A stretch of 64,000 bases of DNA. It comes from Gordius albopunctatus. Taxonomy: Eukaryota. The first letter of the stretch is position 1; the number at the start of each line of letters is the position of its first letter. Location: positions 434,001 through 498,000 of the forward strand of contig OZ193909.1 of the NCBI GenBank assembly GCA_964276515.1, in the 5' to 3' direction. Both the position numbers and the translations under genes were made by a program. Below, piece by piece: positions 41,801-54,660 of this stretch. Below the pieces are notes generated by a model, which saw nothing but the letters and a program-made list of their open reading frames with translations, was not told the DNA's origin and did not search any database.

Positions 41801-44800
41801 TTCATTATTGCTCCCTCTAAATCCCCAATCCTGGCTACTATAGTAAAAGTTTGCATCTTTATATGCAAAGTATAATTTTATTATTCCCATTTTTTATTAA
41901 CTTTCATTCAGAAAAAACGGCCAAATTTACGCAATACGATCAAGGTATATTTTTTCATAATTTTTATGCAATTTATTGTTTATAATATTGATTCGATAGT
42001 ATTTTTTAATATTTATTAAATATGGAAAAATGAATTACAGTTTATTAAATTATATTTTGTTGATAGACGAGAAGTATTTTAGCGAAGGTGAAATCGCCTA
42101 TAGACGTAAAACCGATCAAGGAATTAGGTAAAACTAGTTTATTAGTAATAAATATAATAAGAAATTATTGTTGAAATAAAAAAGTAACATTTGTTCCTTT
42201 TATTTATCTAAAATTTGTTAATGCACAAATTAAAATTTAATGTTTTTATTAAATATAATTTCTACTTTTAAATATGATATTTGTGAAAATAAAAGTTTCT
42301 ACGAGTTTTAGTGTATTTATTTTTTATCAAATTTACGCAGAAAAAAACTTTTCGACCAAAATTTCTACTACGACAACGGGCCTAATCATAGATCCCTCCA
42401 TCAAGAACGCGTAAGGACCCCCCTTCAAAATGGAGAACGAGAATATTTTAGGTATAGGCATTATCCCACCCGGGTCGAATCGCCGAGTCGAATCGAGCCG
42501 GTTTTACCGGTCCGAACCGTCTACTATGGGAACGAAGGTGGAACTTGTGGGTGGAAGGTTAGATACTTTCATAAAAATTGCGTTTATTTGGTATTTTATC
42601 GTGGAGTTTTCACTTTGTAAAAGAATGTCTGTCTTGTTGGTTCATTATAATGTAAAAATACTTTATGATTCCCTAAAAATAACATTTCTCAATCGGTTGT
42701 TAAATTATTAATAATTTAAACTTTTTTCCCATTTTTACAAAAAGTTTTAGATAATATAACAATATTTTCCGGTTTAAACTGCGCAAATAAAATGCTGTTA
42801 TAATGGTTTATAAAGCAAAAAATATCTGTTTTCCTTTGTTTATCGCTATTTCCATCAAATTTTGCACATACATTTCTTCCAAATAAATAATCCGCAATTT
42901 ATAAAGTTATAAAACTTTTGAAAAATTTAAGATTTGGCCAATTGACATTTTATCAGTCCTTTAAAGAGGGAGCCAAGGAGCCTATCAAAAGCGAATCCTC
43001 AAAAGCTGTGATTGTTCCCTATTTAAAAAAAACACCCCTTTTAGCCCCTCTCATTTTTATCTTCTCGCACATCTCCATATAATTAAGTTTTCAAGAGGGG
43101 ACAGGGGGTGATTTTAACCCCCCCATCACCCCCGTTTACCCCCCTAATCAAATCTTGAAGTGCTTTATTCGGGCAAATATCGATTGCTAATTCAACCTCG
43201 AGATCTGTATACATATATATAATTCAAATATTTTTGATTCGTCCTCTACAATCTCTGAAATCTCCAACATTTTAGGCGTAAAAACAAATAAATTTAGAAT
43301 TCCTGTTATCTTAAAACTTACTACCCGTCGTGGCTGGAATGAAAGGTTTTTTTACTCGGGCTAAAAGTGGTTTTGGGTTCGATAAGGAGCATAAAAGGAA
43401 AAATTTACGCGTTGCATTTCAGGAAACTGGGCATGATGGCTTTAATGGGACGTGCACTCAGCAACAGGAAAGGAAGAGAGAGGGAGGAGGACCTTCTTCC
43501 CTTTGCGATTCCACCACGGCAATTCCCAAATCCAAGTAAATCATCGCGAAATAAAACATTTTGCTGCAAATGTTTTATTTGATTAAAAATACGATTTTCA
43601 AGTTAAAAAACGTAAAGTTTAACACAAAATTGCAATGTTGAGCAGTTTTTCTATCTCTATTTTATCTCTAATCGTAATAATTTGATTAATAAAATATCAT
43701 AATTGTCATCCTGGCTGGACTACCGTGGCTTCTTTTTATTACTTATTAAACGGCTTGTATCGCGTTCCCTTGTATATATTCTTTATTTTATTATCTAAGT
43801 TCAACCATGGGCGAAGCCAAGGGGGGGGGGGGCAGGGAGGAGCGGCTTCCCCCCCCCCTAAATTCAAAAATTTCTTGAAATTCTGTAAAATTATGGTTGC
43901 TAAAATTTCATAAAATGTTCATTTTACCTCTCCTTAAATCTTTATAGCCCCCTGCCCTCTAATTCAACCGATTAATTATTATTAATGTAAATTGGTTTAA
44001 ATCAATCGCAAACTGTGTTTAAATAAAGTCAAATGCATATATTAATAAATTTCCCATTTAACGCTTGTATGAAATGTCGCGCGGCTATATATGGAGAAGG
44101 GGATCAGCCTCTGATTCTTCCACTCCAAATATTATGTGATAGTTTAATATGGAAATTAAGCTGAATATTGATTTCTTCTCAGCTGTTTGGGGCTCAATAC
44201 AGCCATGTTTACATTGTATTTCCAATCCAAAAAATGTCAAGAAAATGACAATTTAAAATCTACACATTTGTTATACGAAAAAACACACTTTTTTAAGCTA
44301 TATCAAAAGTTTTCAAACGCTGAGGAGTAAGCAACTATTAATATTCCATCGGCATATACTCCTCGTAGATTTTGTTTATAAAAAATAATGGCTTGCTGCC
44401 TGCCTCCCTTACACATAACAATGGCAAATAGCATTTTGAAACTGATTGAGGGTATAATTGAAGGAAATGGCCTAGCTCTTCACCATTTCTAGCATGGGGG
44501 AGATAATATTATAGACACTTTACATGGAAGTATATCGATTTAGCTTTGTTATTTATTGATTTTAATCGATACCTACCGATTGATTGGGAACACCTGTTAT
44601 TAGTATCACCATCATTAGCATACGTCCGATCACTAAGGGACACTAAGGACATTATCTAATCGATATATGAGAGAGTCCCCTTCTAACTCCTCTATCTGGT
44701 TGGACAGGTCGGATACCCCTATTGTCACCCCCCCCCCCTATCTCATTTATAATGATTGGTCCCTCCAGATCCAGTGAAAGCGCTATTTTATTACCATCAT

Positions 44801-47800
44801 AAGCATCGCTCGACACGACAAAATTGTGGTGCTATCAATTAAGTCAACCTCTTCCTACTTCCTGTATTTGATTGAATAGCGACCGGGGACCGCCAACTAG
44901 GGTACGTAGCATTCGGCACTTAGTTTGTACATAGCCTACGTCGAAGAAAAGGAAATATAATACATGAATGCGTTGGTAGTATCAGCAAAGGCACCTTAAT
45001 TGATTACGCGCTACCACAACAATTTCTGTTTGAAGATTTTTTTTCCATATGAACCAATATTGGATTGGATAGATATGCTGAAGATGATCTATTCCACACA
45101 CAAAAACAATCCCAGGTTAGATTTATTGAATGAGGCCTCCTCCTACGTTACACCCGAAAAGCTTCGCTCTCGTTTAAATATTTTTCCTGAATCATGGATA
45201 AAAAAGTTGTATGACTTTTTGTTCAATTGATATCTCAATCTTATTTTAGAGCTAACATGCTTAAAATAACGATCATTATGAGTAGTTTTTAGTGTTAGCC
45301 TTAACCCTTTTTTTACATTAGCTAATATACCTAAAAAGTTTTGGCTCTGCTATTTATTACTATCGAAAAGCCATATCATTATTTATTCCTAAAGCAATCA
45401 TCCATCCATGTGCAAATTTATATCTAATTTTTCTTTTGCCTTTGATTTTGAGAAAAATATTTGATTCTAAAACTTATAATCCGACCAGTTTATGATTGAT
45501 AATTAGCTTCAACACTGAAATTCTATTTTACCCTTATTCAACTAAAAATCAGGTATACTGATTGAATCATATTAGTGTGTTTACTCTAATCTACCTCCTC
45601 CCCCCCCCAAGCGCACCTCTGCAGCTTCTCCTCTCTTACTAATTATTTACTTTGGAAACGTGGAGCGCTAGCTCAAAAGAGCTCGCCCCCCTTTACTCCG
45701 ACGCCATCTTAAAATTAGCTTAAATTTTTGGCAATCAAACTGTATTTATTTTCTTATATCCTTTATTTAATAGTCGATCCGATTTATCGGATTTAAACGA
45801 AATAATTATACCTTTTGCATAAGCCTTTAAGATTTGGCCCTCGGCACTTGGTCTTGACCCGATTTACACAATTTCTCCGCTGTAAAAAGAAGTACCTGTT
45901 AGGGTAGCATTTAGGCCAAGCGCTCCGGTCCCCTTTTTATTGCGACACAGTGCGTTTACCCCCCCCCCCCACATTTAAGCTCTCTTCTACCTGCCTAAAT
46001 AACTCTCCGCGGCAAACTGCTAAATTGTATTTACTCCTTCTCGCCCGCCACACTAACCTCTTTTGATCCCACACTCTAAGAGGCAAGTTCTCTCGGTTCG
46101 CACCGTTATTACACCATCACATCATCTTGAAATCCGCGAATTATAATTGTACTGAAATCCCACCTAGAGGATTGCATTACAATTTTGGCTTCGATTTGCG
46201 ATTTAGGACCTTCCCCGGCCCCAGAACACTCGACGATTTAAACGGTGCCGAGTCGGTAGTTCAAAATGGGTCAAATCATAACCATTGGACCACGGTGAAA
46301 TCCGATATTCCCGTGGATCGAGTCAAAACCCTGGCTTCCAACGGCTCATCCGTTCACGAATGCTATTCCAACGTTCAAAAAGGGGGCGACGTGCCATACG
46401 CTGGCTTACAAAAAATCCACAAAGGTAAACATTCTCATTTTTTTATATTTTGACCTTAAGCCGCCCATAAATATAGGACCTAATTCCTAAAAATCGCTTG
46501 AGTTAGATAATATTCCTTTTGCATGTTTAGAATCGTTGATAATATAACAAATGTTTATTATTGGTATGAATAGCATTTTCAAAATTCCCAACTAAGGCAC
46601 ATTTAACAAGCGACGCATCGCGATAACCTATTTTTTGGCATGAGCTGCATGACAATCTTAACCTCATTTACTAACCCTTCGGCACCTAGAGCCTAGGCCT
46701 TTCGTTAAGAGGGACCACGGTTTTTTGCCAAAATCCGTGGATTTCACCAAATACCCAGGGGCTTACGTGCCGCCCGCATCGCCCAAGTCAATTCCCGGCT
46801 CGGGTCCATCAGGCTCTATCCTCAACCAAACTTCCTCTCGCCTCACCCAAATGAATCGTATGAAGCGGTCAACCTTTTTCGAACCCGAAGAGCACCAACA
46901 TTCCCAAGCCAGAAATTCGATATCTGCTTCGCCCCGCGGTGGTGGTAATAAACACGCTCTGATAAATTCCCATTTGAAATCATCATACGATGAGGAGGAT
47001 AAGGACAGGTCCATTAAACTTCGTACGAGCTCGTACGTTCGGGATAAATTTAATTTTCTCAGTTGGCCCCACCTGTCCCAAAGTTCCAGTCAATTGAGTG
47101 GTTTTGCGAATAATCCCAATGGTGACCGCCATCATAGTTTAAGAGATTCTTTATTAACCTCTAACACTCTAAATGTGAATGGCCCAACGGGTAAGATTGG
47201 CACTACTAACACGACTAACATTGTGGGAGCGCGACATTTGTCACCAAATGGATCTCCCTTTTCTAGCATGAATGTCCGCCGTATGCATATTGATCCCGAT
47301 CGAGGCTTGACGGTTCATGATTGTCGTACAAGTATTATTATATCGCTTAGCCCAATGCATGGTATTTATATATTGCGTTATGATCTTCATGGGCGTAGCC
47401 AAAAGGGGGGGGGTCAGGTAGGAGTGCCTGTCCCCCTCTAAATCCTAAAAATTAAATGGCTAAAATTTCAATTAAGGATCATTTTGCTTCTCCTTAAATC
47501 ATTATTGCCCCCCCCCCTTTAATTTCAATACCGGCTAGGCCCAAGTCTATCTCTAGTGGTTTTAAACTCCTGAATATTGTGTAGTCTTTATTTGCATTTA
47601 TTTTGGAGGGAGAATTTTGAAATTGCTTGTTCATTTTCTGTAAACATCCACGTCAACCTTTCGTTAAACGAGTTATCTTTCATAAAAAAAGCACTTATTG
47701 TAAAGCCTCGTTCAACACAAAATCTCTCAGGGTATTTTCAAATCTAAATGAAGCTTTTTGTGATTTACCTTTGTTGTAGTAGCTGATCTCTAATTTAGTG

Positions 47801-50800
47801 ATTAATCTATTTATGTTGGATGTTGTTATACTTGAAAAAATAGCATGATTATTTTATGCTTCTTTATTAAGGACCTGCTTGGGCCATAATTTCATTACCA
47901 TGAGCGTAGCCAAAGGGGGGGGGCCGCCTCCCTGAATGACAAAAAAAATTCAATACAAAAAGACCCTTAAAAATTAAAAAAATATATGTTTTGCTCCCCT
48001 GCCCCAATTGAACCTAAAAATTCTCCCCCCCCCCGCCAATCCAAAACCTGGCTACCCACATGTTCATAATTTTTCTAATGCCCGGGAACTCGCCAGTTGC
48101 CAATATGAAACCGACTGGCTATTTGCACTTTTCAATAACGTAATCAAAACCTGCTATAAGAGGCTACAAATTGTGACGAGCTTACTTAAACCCTAAATGT
48201 TTTTAGAATTTTAATTAAAAGTTAGCCCTAAAACTAAACTTTATGCATAGGCAAGGGGCTGCAGGGGGGGGGGAGCCACTGTCGTTCCTATCATTATTTT
48301 AAAATAATAATTTTTGCCCCCTCCCCTTATGATCCAAATCCTAGCTAGCCCATTCCATTTATATTCTAATCCAAACCTGATGACGATTAATGTTAAAAAC
48401 CCTAAAAACTGTAAGGGGGGGTCAAGATGGTCGAAAAATCGTAAGGCCTTTCCAGTCCCAAAATCCTGGCCCCCTAAGCCTACTGTGCTCCCCTTCCTCT
48501 ACCTGCTCCACCAATTATCATACTGTCGTTTTATTAGATGTGATTTGGATTTTGTAAATGTGTCTGCCGTCTTGTGTCGTGTAGTGTGGTGGTAATCGGT
48601 GGTTCAAATTTGATATATCAATACTTGTAAACTCAATAGCGCGATCGTGTTGGAGCAAAACTTAAGGTTGGTTTAGAGAACTTCGAAGTCATTTTTTTAA
48701 CCCGAAACCGACCCGAATCGAAAGCATTTTAAAATTTTCAACCCGGGTCACCCATGCAGGTCTCTAGATTGATTATATCATTTTAGCGAGATGATTTACG
48801 CGGTGATAATTTTAAAGGTTTTGATTGAATGATGATAATCATTCGCAGAGAAAAGACGTATTTCGAGGGCAAGTGTATAACTCTGGATTTTTTTTGTGCG
48901 TCCTGAATTAGCCCGCTATCTAGGTTGATAAATACCAGACAGAGACCGGGTTTTTCTTTATAAAATTTTCACTTTTAATCCAAATACAAATCTCTATGAG
49001 GCCAAGGTCCCCCCCCCTTCTAATCCTCTCGCTCCTTACTTCTAAGTTATTATAGCGAAATCACTAGAATTTAGCTTCGGTACTCTAAATTTCTTTTTGC
49101 ATTTTTTGTCACCTTTACAACCCTGACCCCTCACCGCTTTAAAAAGCTGACTGTCGGAAATCTTCTCAAACGGTAACGCCCAACCCCCAACACATGCGTT
49201 CCACATCGGAACTCTACAATTCCAAATCCGGCTTTAAACCTATTAATCTCGTGGATGGTCAATCCCCGCCAAACTCTTTAACGGGAGGATACGATGTAGA
49301 TAGCTATGATAGCTACGGCAGGAGAAATAAAATGGTAAAAACATTTGAACAAGAAAGTTACAATATATTTTGTTGCAAACTTTTTTATAATCTTAAAATT
49401 TATGTTTTTTATATTTTTAAATACTTTTTTTTACATGAACAGTATAATGAAATAGTAATGAAATTAAACAAAATAAAATTTCAATATATTTTTAGGTTAT
49501 TTTTGGTTGATTAACAATAAAGAAATTTGGATCTTTTTGAATACGTTTCGTCGAATAAAGAAAGATCTGTAGGCTTAAAGAAAAGATAATTGACTCTTAT
49601 GTGTCAAAAAGTCTTTATCTAATATATAAAGATTTAATGGAATAAAACATATCTATAAAATTTATTATAGTTCACGTTATTTCAAAAAGTAGTAGCTAAA
49701 GTTAATGTCTGTTTAGAATCGCGTTTAACTATTAAATGCTTGTGAAGTGTATATTGGTTGTTTTAAGTATACATGTAAAAATATTGGAAAAACCATGCGA
49801 ATTTTTTAAAATTTTACTAATATATATATATACTTGGACGATAACCATTTTTCAATCTTTTAACTTTCTAAAATATAATTGCGAAATATAATGAGTTGAT
49901 GTATATGGACATTTGATTAGCGAATGGGATTAATTGCAGGCGAGTAGCTAGGATTTTCTCCGGGGGGGGGGGACATTTCCAAAAAATTTTATTTCAACAT
50001 CGAAGTTATAAAATCTGGTATAAAACATAAAGAAAGTCGTTATAAAATATTTTCATATTTTATTTTTCCCGGCGTCATCTGGAGTAGGAGCTAATTTTAC
50101 CCGTGAATCGCTAACATTTAATTGCTCACTTCTCTACGACAATCTGAATATATTATGCAAGTAATTGCAAAAAAGGACCTAGATCTTCAGCTAGTTAGAC
50201 AGTTAGCAGAAACTTTTATAATAGTAGTCGAACCTAAGGTTAAGTTGTATGATTTTTAACTTAAGAAACCTCGTATACAAAGAAAATGAACGGTTTTTGG
50301 ACAAAAATCAAGTTTTGGCAAATTTCCAAATAATATTTCCTCGTTTTACCAGAAACGCGAATGAAAATAATTTATAGAAGGATTTAGTCCAAAGGATCCC
50401 TCGGACGCCGCCCTATCAGATTATAAAATATTGTAATCTTCTTTGCCCAACACATCACAACTCTTCGCTACCTATTAGCTTTTATATAAGAAATACCATG
50501 TCAAAAAAAAGATTAAATGGATTGGTCCTTTTGCATTGCATTTTAATTTTCATTATTAAATAATTATATATCTTCTTTTTCCCAGCCATAATATCTCAAG
50601 AACTTCATCTTGAGTGGGAGCTAATTCCAATAAATTGCATAGCAATTAGGTTACGTTGCACAACTATAAAATATAAACTTTAGATGTAAAATAATTTTTT
50701 TTTAATCAAAAATCAGGGGCGCATTTACGCCATTCATTAATTGGGTTGGGGTCAGATTCCTCCATGGACCTAGCCAGGGGGTGGCAGGGATGGGCGACTG

Positions 50801-53800
50801 CCCCCCTCTAATTCTCAATTTTTCAAAAAATTAAATAAATGTATGGCTTTACTTCTAAAAGATTATCATTATGTCCTTCCCAAAAGCCTTATGACCCTGC
50901 CTATGATTCGCTAGCAAAAAATTTAATTTTCTATTCGTTTTTTTGTGATAACATTTAAAAGATTTTCTTGAAAACATTTGTGAATGTTTTGAGAGGGGGG
51001 GGGGGGGAAGAGGGTAGATGTCCCCTATTGCGCTATTTTGCATACAAGACCCAGCAGGTAAACCAAACTAAATTGTCTTTCGCACGATTTTTTATTAACA
51101 TTTTCAAAAGTGTCCAATCCCAGCTCTGCCTAGCAACTCTGTGAAAAGCACGTTTATCATCTAAGCAAGAACAACATTTTTTCCTTTTTTCCTTGTTAAA
51201 CACACGACAATGCTCTAAATGTTTCCCAAAACTTTTTTATTTCCAGGACATTTATCAAATTTAAAAAATGAATAAAAATTAAAATTTTAAGTATCTTGAT
51301 GATTAATCTTCATTTTATTTTCAAATTTGCTGCGGATAATTCAGCAACGGAAAATTTTGGTAAGTTTTTTACGTGTCGTATTCGTGTAGTAAATTTATAA
51401 AATTTCGATGAGATTTTTTTTTCTGGAAATTATTTTTTGGTTCTTTTTTTATATTAATAATTATTTTTTTATTTATTGCTCTTTAAACTTGTTTGATAAA
51501 AAAATATTTAGTGAAAGAGCGATTGAAATTCTAAAATTTTAGCATATTCTTAACGATAATATATTTAAATATTCAAAAATTGTCCAATTTTATGCTTTCA
51601 AAAATTCAGATTTATAAAAATTAACCGATGTTTTGACTAAATATTTCTCTGTTTCAGGATGATTGGATCGAGCATGAAAAGATGCGAAAATCGCGAGATG
51701 AACTTAAAAAATTGGAAGATCGTCGGCATGGATATGTGTAAGTTATTTCATTTACATCAAAATATTTAAATTAACTATACATGGGCGTAGCCAGCATTTG
51801 AATTAGAGGGGGGGGGGCAATAATGATTAAAAAAGGGGCAAAATGATCATTTTTTGAAATATTAGCCATAATTTTAATAAATTTAAACAAATTTTTAGAT
51901 TTAGAGGGGGCAGCTGCCCCCCCCCCCCAGCCTTGACTAGGCCCGTGAAACTATATTTTTATCATTCACCTTTAACGGTCTCCATAAAGTGTAATTCTTG
52001 TAAGAGCTCTTGTTTGGTAACTAGGCCTTCTTCGAACTCCCCCATACCCGTGAACCGTTACATGAATCTAGTTTACACAACTGGTCCTCCCGAAGATGTT
52101 TCCAAAGTTTCCGAAAAACACCGAATCTTAACCGAATCCCACGGGCCTGACCGATCGGAGCGAAGGGAGAATGGACGTCGTTATAGCTTATCGGGTCCGA
52201 CCAGATCCGGGCCCGTGATAAGGGCCAAAGCCCGAGCACTTTATCGATTCGTGGCCAAAAATTCAAAGTTTTTTTATACATTTAAATTCTATTTTATATA
52301 CAACTAAAATTGTCAGGGAGATTTCATTTGATAAGGACGACGTTTTATACATGCTCCGGAGGATAGATCCAAATTGGTTCGAGGGAGAACACGTGGGCAT
52401 GATCGGGATTTTTCCAGCCAATTACGTCAAAGTTAATTTTTAAATTAGATTTGTTGTTATGTTAATTTATTTTCGACCATAAAAATTAATTCAATTATTA
52501 ATTAATAAATAAAATTAAGTTTGCAAATTGATGGGAGTTTTTTTTATTCTAAAGGTAATGATTAGCATAGAAGAAGCTGCGTTGCTAAATGCCCAACATG
52601 GTAATGGAGTAGCAATAGCGAAATACAATTGTAACAGCCAATACCCATCCGAACTCACCTTTCGTAAAGTGATGGAAACCAATTACTTTGATCTCTTATT
52701 CCCCATTAAGACATTTAATTCGAACCTGCGGTCTTTATTCATTAATAAACCCCCTTATCTAACGGACTTGACTTAAATAAGGCCTATCTAACACCATATG
52801 ACGCCCATTGATTGAAACGAGTCATATATAAATCTTAATGGAAAATTCATCATTTAAATTCCGCCTTTTAGGGTGAAGTTCTTAACCTAGTAGCCGAGTT
52901 GGATCGTAATTGGTACGAAGGGCACATTGGTGAGAAAGGATCGATCGGTCTTATCCCCAAATCCTACCTGGATGTTTTAAGGGAACCAGCAAAAGAAAAC
53001 TCATATGCAGATCATAAATACACTAGTAAGAAGCATTTCAGCTCTACCCTATATACATGAGTGAGCGTGGCCAGAGGGTGGCAGGGTAGGGCGGCCGCCC
53101 CCCTCTAATTCCATAAATTCTTTACAATTTCATATGATGATTATGGCTAAAATTTAAAAATATTGTCATTTTGCGCCTCCCTAATATAAGTGCCCCTCCC
53201 CTCTAATTCCAATCCCGGCTAAGCCACGTTGTCAACTTGGTATATTATTGCATATTTTTCAATGCCGTAAAATTGATATATTTAACTAGTTATTAAAATG
53301 ACTTTAAATTTTAGCACTTTTGGCTTATTTAAATTTACCAGATGGTGATAGAATGGGGAACGGTATGAGGAGTCTATCGGTTTCAGAAAGCAAAAAGCCC
53401 ACCCAAATAAAAACGGCTAAATTAACTAGGTAAAATGAGTTAAATAACTTGTTATCATTACTAACATAAAAGTTTTTGCCTTGTTACGTGTTTAAATTAT
53501 TTTACCCTTTTTTACTGCTTCCTACCAAGACTGATTAAAGGTATATGATTTTTGTATATACGAAAAACAACTGCAAACATATTTTTATACATTTATGATT
53601 AATTCTATATATATATATATATATTTAATGCCAAGTGAGAAAATATTTATAAACTTATAATAAAGCCATCAAGTTAAAACATGCCATATTCTAGCCTTTT
53701 ATGGTTTTACATTCAATTATATATCTGTCCTAAAAAGGTTTATATGTGTTTAAGCTGCAAATCTAGACTCTTCTAAACTTCCTATCAAAGTAATTTTTAA

Positions 53801-54411
53801 ATTTGCTATGCAATTCTGGATGAGTGGCTTGACACAACAGTTTTCCCATGAGGTGGGAGTAGGGGCCTGCAAAATCGATTTTCTAGGGCCCGACCCGAGA
53901 CCGGAAGTTTAAAACCTCAAAATAGGCCCTGCCCTAGCCCGTTCCAGCCCTGGTTTTTCCGGGCCTGGCCGGCCTTTGGTCCGACAGTGCAGGTCTCTAG
54001 GGGGGGGGGGGGGTTAGGGGAATGTTAATGTAGTGTCGCGAGATGGGACATCACACAACATGACAGTTTATCCTAGAGTGGGGCCGGCTTAAGGATTGCC
54101 AAGCAAATAATAAACATTATTCCATGATTAAAAATCAAAAGTTTTCTCGTGAGGATCATGTTTTTTTAAAGAGTAAGCATTGATTCTTTCGTTAAAGATA
54201 CCGTGCCCTCTATGCCTACAAACCCCAAAACGACGATGAAATTGAATTGACGCAAGGTGACATCCTTTACGTCGTACAAAAATGCGAAGATGGATGGTTC
54301 GTTGGTTATCAATCTAAATCCAAGGCATTCGGAACGTTTCCCGGGAATTATGTTACACCCGATTTGGTAATCAACATGGGGGCAGGAATGGGCGGCTGCA
54401 ACCCTCTCTAA
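35878..54411 (+). CDS. SORBS: Sorbin and SH3 domain adaptor (CAP/ponsin/vinexin/ArgBP2 family)
   Basis: SoHo domain GIGPISEYGIP...DWYKTIFKNL (~41190-41430) and three C-terminal SH3 domains (~52225-52431, 52600-52980, 54198-54360). Exons include 35878-36646, 38159-38470, 39084-39253, 39418-39676, 39902-39994, 40869-~40912, ~40999-41237, 41374-41459, ~41911-41944, 42067-42127, 42341-42451, 46207-46423, 46691-47361, 49147-49334, 51658-51737, 52025-52267, 52317-52431, 52555-52668, 52872-53025, 53342-53429, 54198-end. The 3' end is uncertain. Confidence 0.88.
41523..41725. mobile_element. hAT-type MITE, young
   Basis: ~37-bp TIRs TAGAGTTGTTAAATTGTTAACTTTCTTC; perfect 8-bp TSD ATGAAGAC (41515-41522 / 41726-41733). 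Confidence 0.92.
43339..43535 (+). CDS. Putative alternative first coding exon of SORBS
   Basis: ATG 43339 (MKGFFTRAKSGFGFDKEHKRK...), closed upstream by an in-frame TAA; phase-2 donor AA|GTAAA fits the acceptor at 46207. Confidence 0.55.
44100..44500 (-). mobile_element. Possible reverse-transcriptase remnant
   Basis: Minus strand LRGVYADGILIVA (~44320-44370) resembles the YADD motif region; otherwise degraded. Confidence 0.3.
47899..48062. mobile_element. Copy of a ~150-bp CATGGGCGTAGCCA-family hAT-type MITE
   Basis: TIR-like ends CATGAGCGTAGCCA / TGGCTACCCACATG; TSD TTCATTAC/TTCATAAT. Related copies near 23005, 24912, 31138, 37145, 43806, 47388, 48250, 50763, 53060. Confidence 0.75.
49937..50545 (+). 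mobile_element. Decayed hAT transposase remnant
   Basis: YIRNTMSKKRLNGLVLLH at ~50483-50537 matches the hATC dimerisation domain end; LQKKDLDL upstream; begins with CAGGCGAGTAGCTAGG, a TIR-like end. Confidence 0.6.
51780..51947. mobile_element. CATGGGCGTAGCCA-family MITE (reverse orientation)
   Basis: CATGGGCGTAGCCAG ... TTGACTAGGCCCGTG; TSD TAACTATA/AAACTATA. Confidence 0.8.
53860..53999. mobile_element. GC-rich MITE
   Basis: Ends TAGGGGCCTGCA / TGCAGGTCTCTA; a related right end at ~48755-48766. Confidence 0.55.
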
Positions 54412-54529
54412 ATCCAAAAATTTATTGAATTAAATAAAATTAAGGCTGAAATTTCAAAAAATGATCATTTTGCCCCTTCCTTAATCATTATTGACCCCCT
54501 CTGTAATTCCAATGCTGACTACCCCCATG
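54375..54529. mobile_element. CATGGG-family MITE at the SORBS 3' coding end
   Basis: CATGGGGG ... CCCCCATG; 8-bp TSD GTAATCAA (54367-54374) / GTAATCTA (54530-54537). Confidence 0.85.
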
Positions 54530-54660
54530 GTAATCTACCAAAATTTTAATTATTTTTATTTTATTTTCTACTAATATTCGAGCGTCAACATAGTTTTACA
54601 CTGGAAGACTTGGAATCCTATTAAAATCTTCGGCACCAATTAGGAGTAATTAGAGAGAGC

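Noticed and set aside
45000..45260. Penelope-like RT motif (W..RYAED)
   Set aside because: Requires frameshifts and the neighbouring motif order is inconsistent.
46763..47014. Antisense ORF within a SORBS exon (also 52021-52281 and 54166-54417)
   Set aside because: Shadow ORFs of real exons with no independent support.
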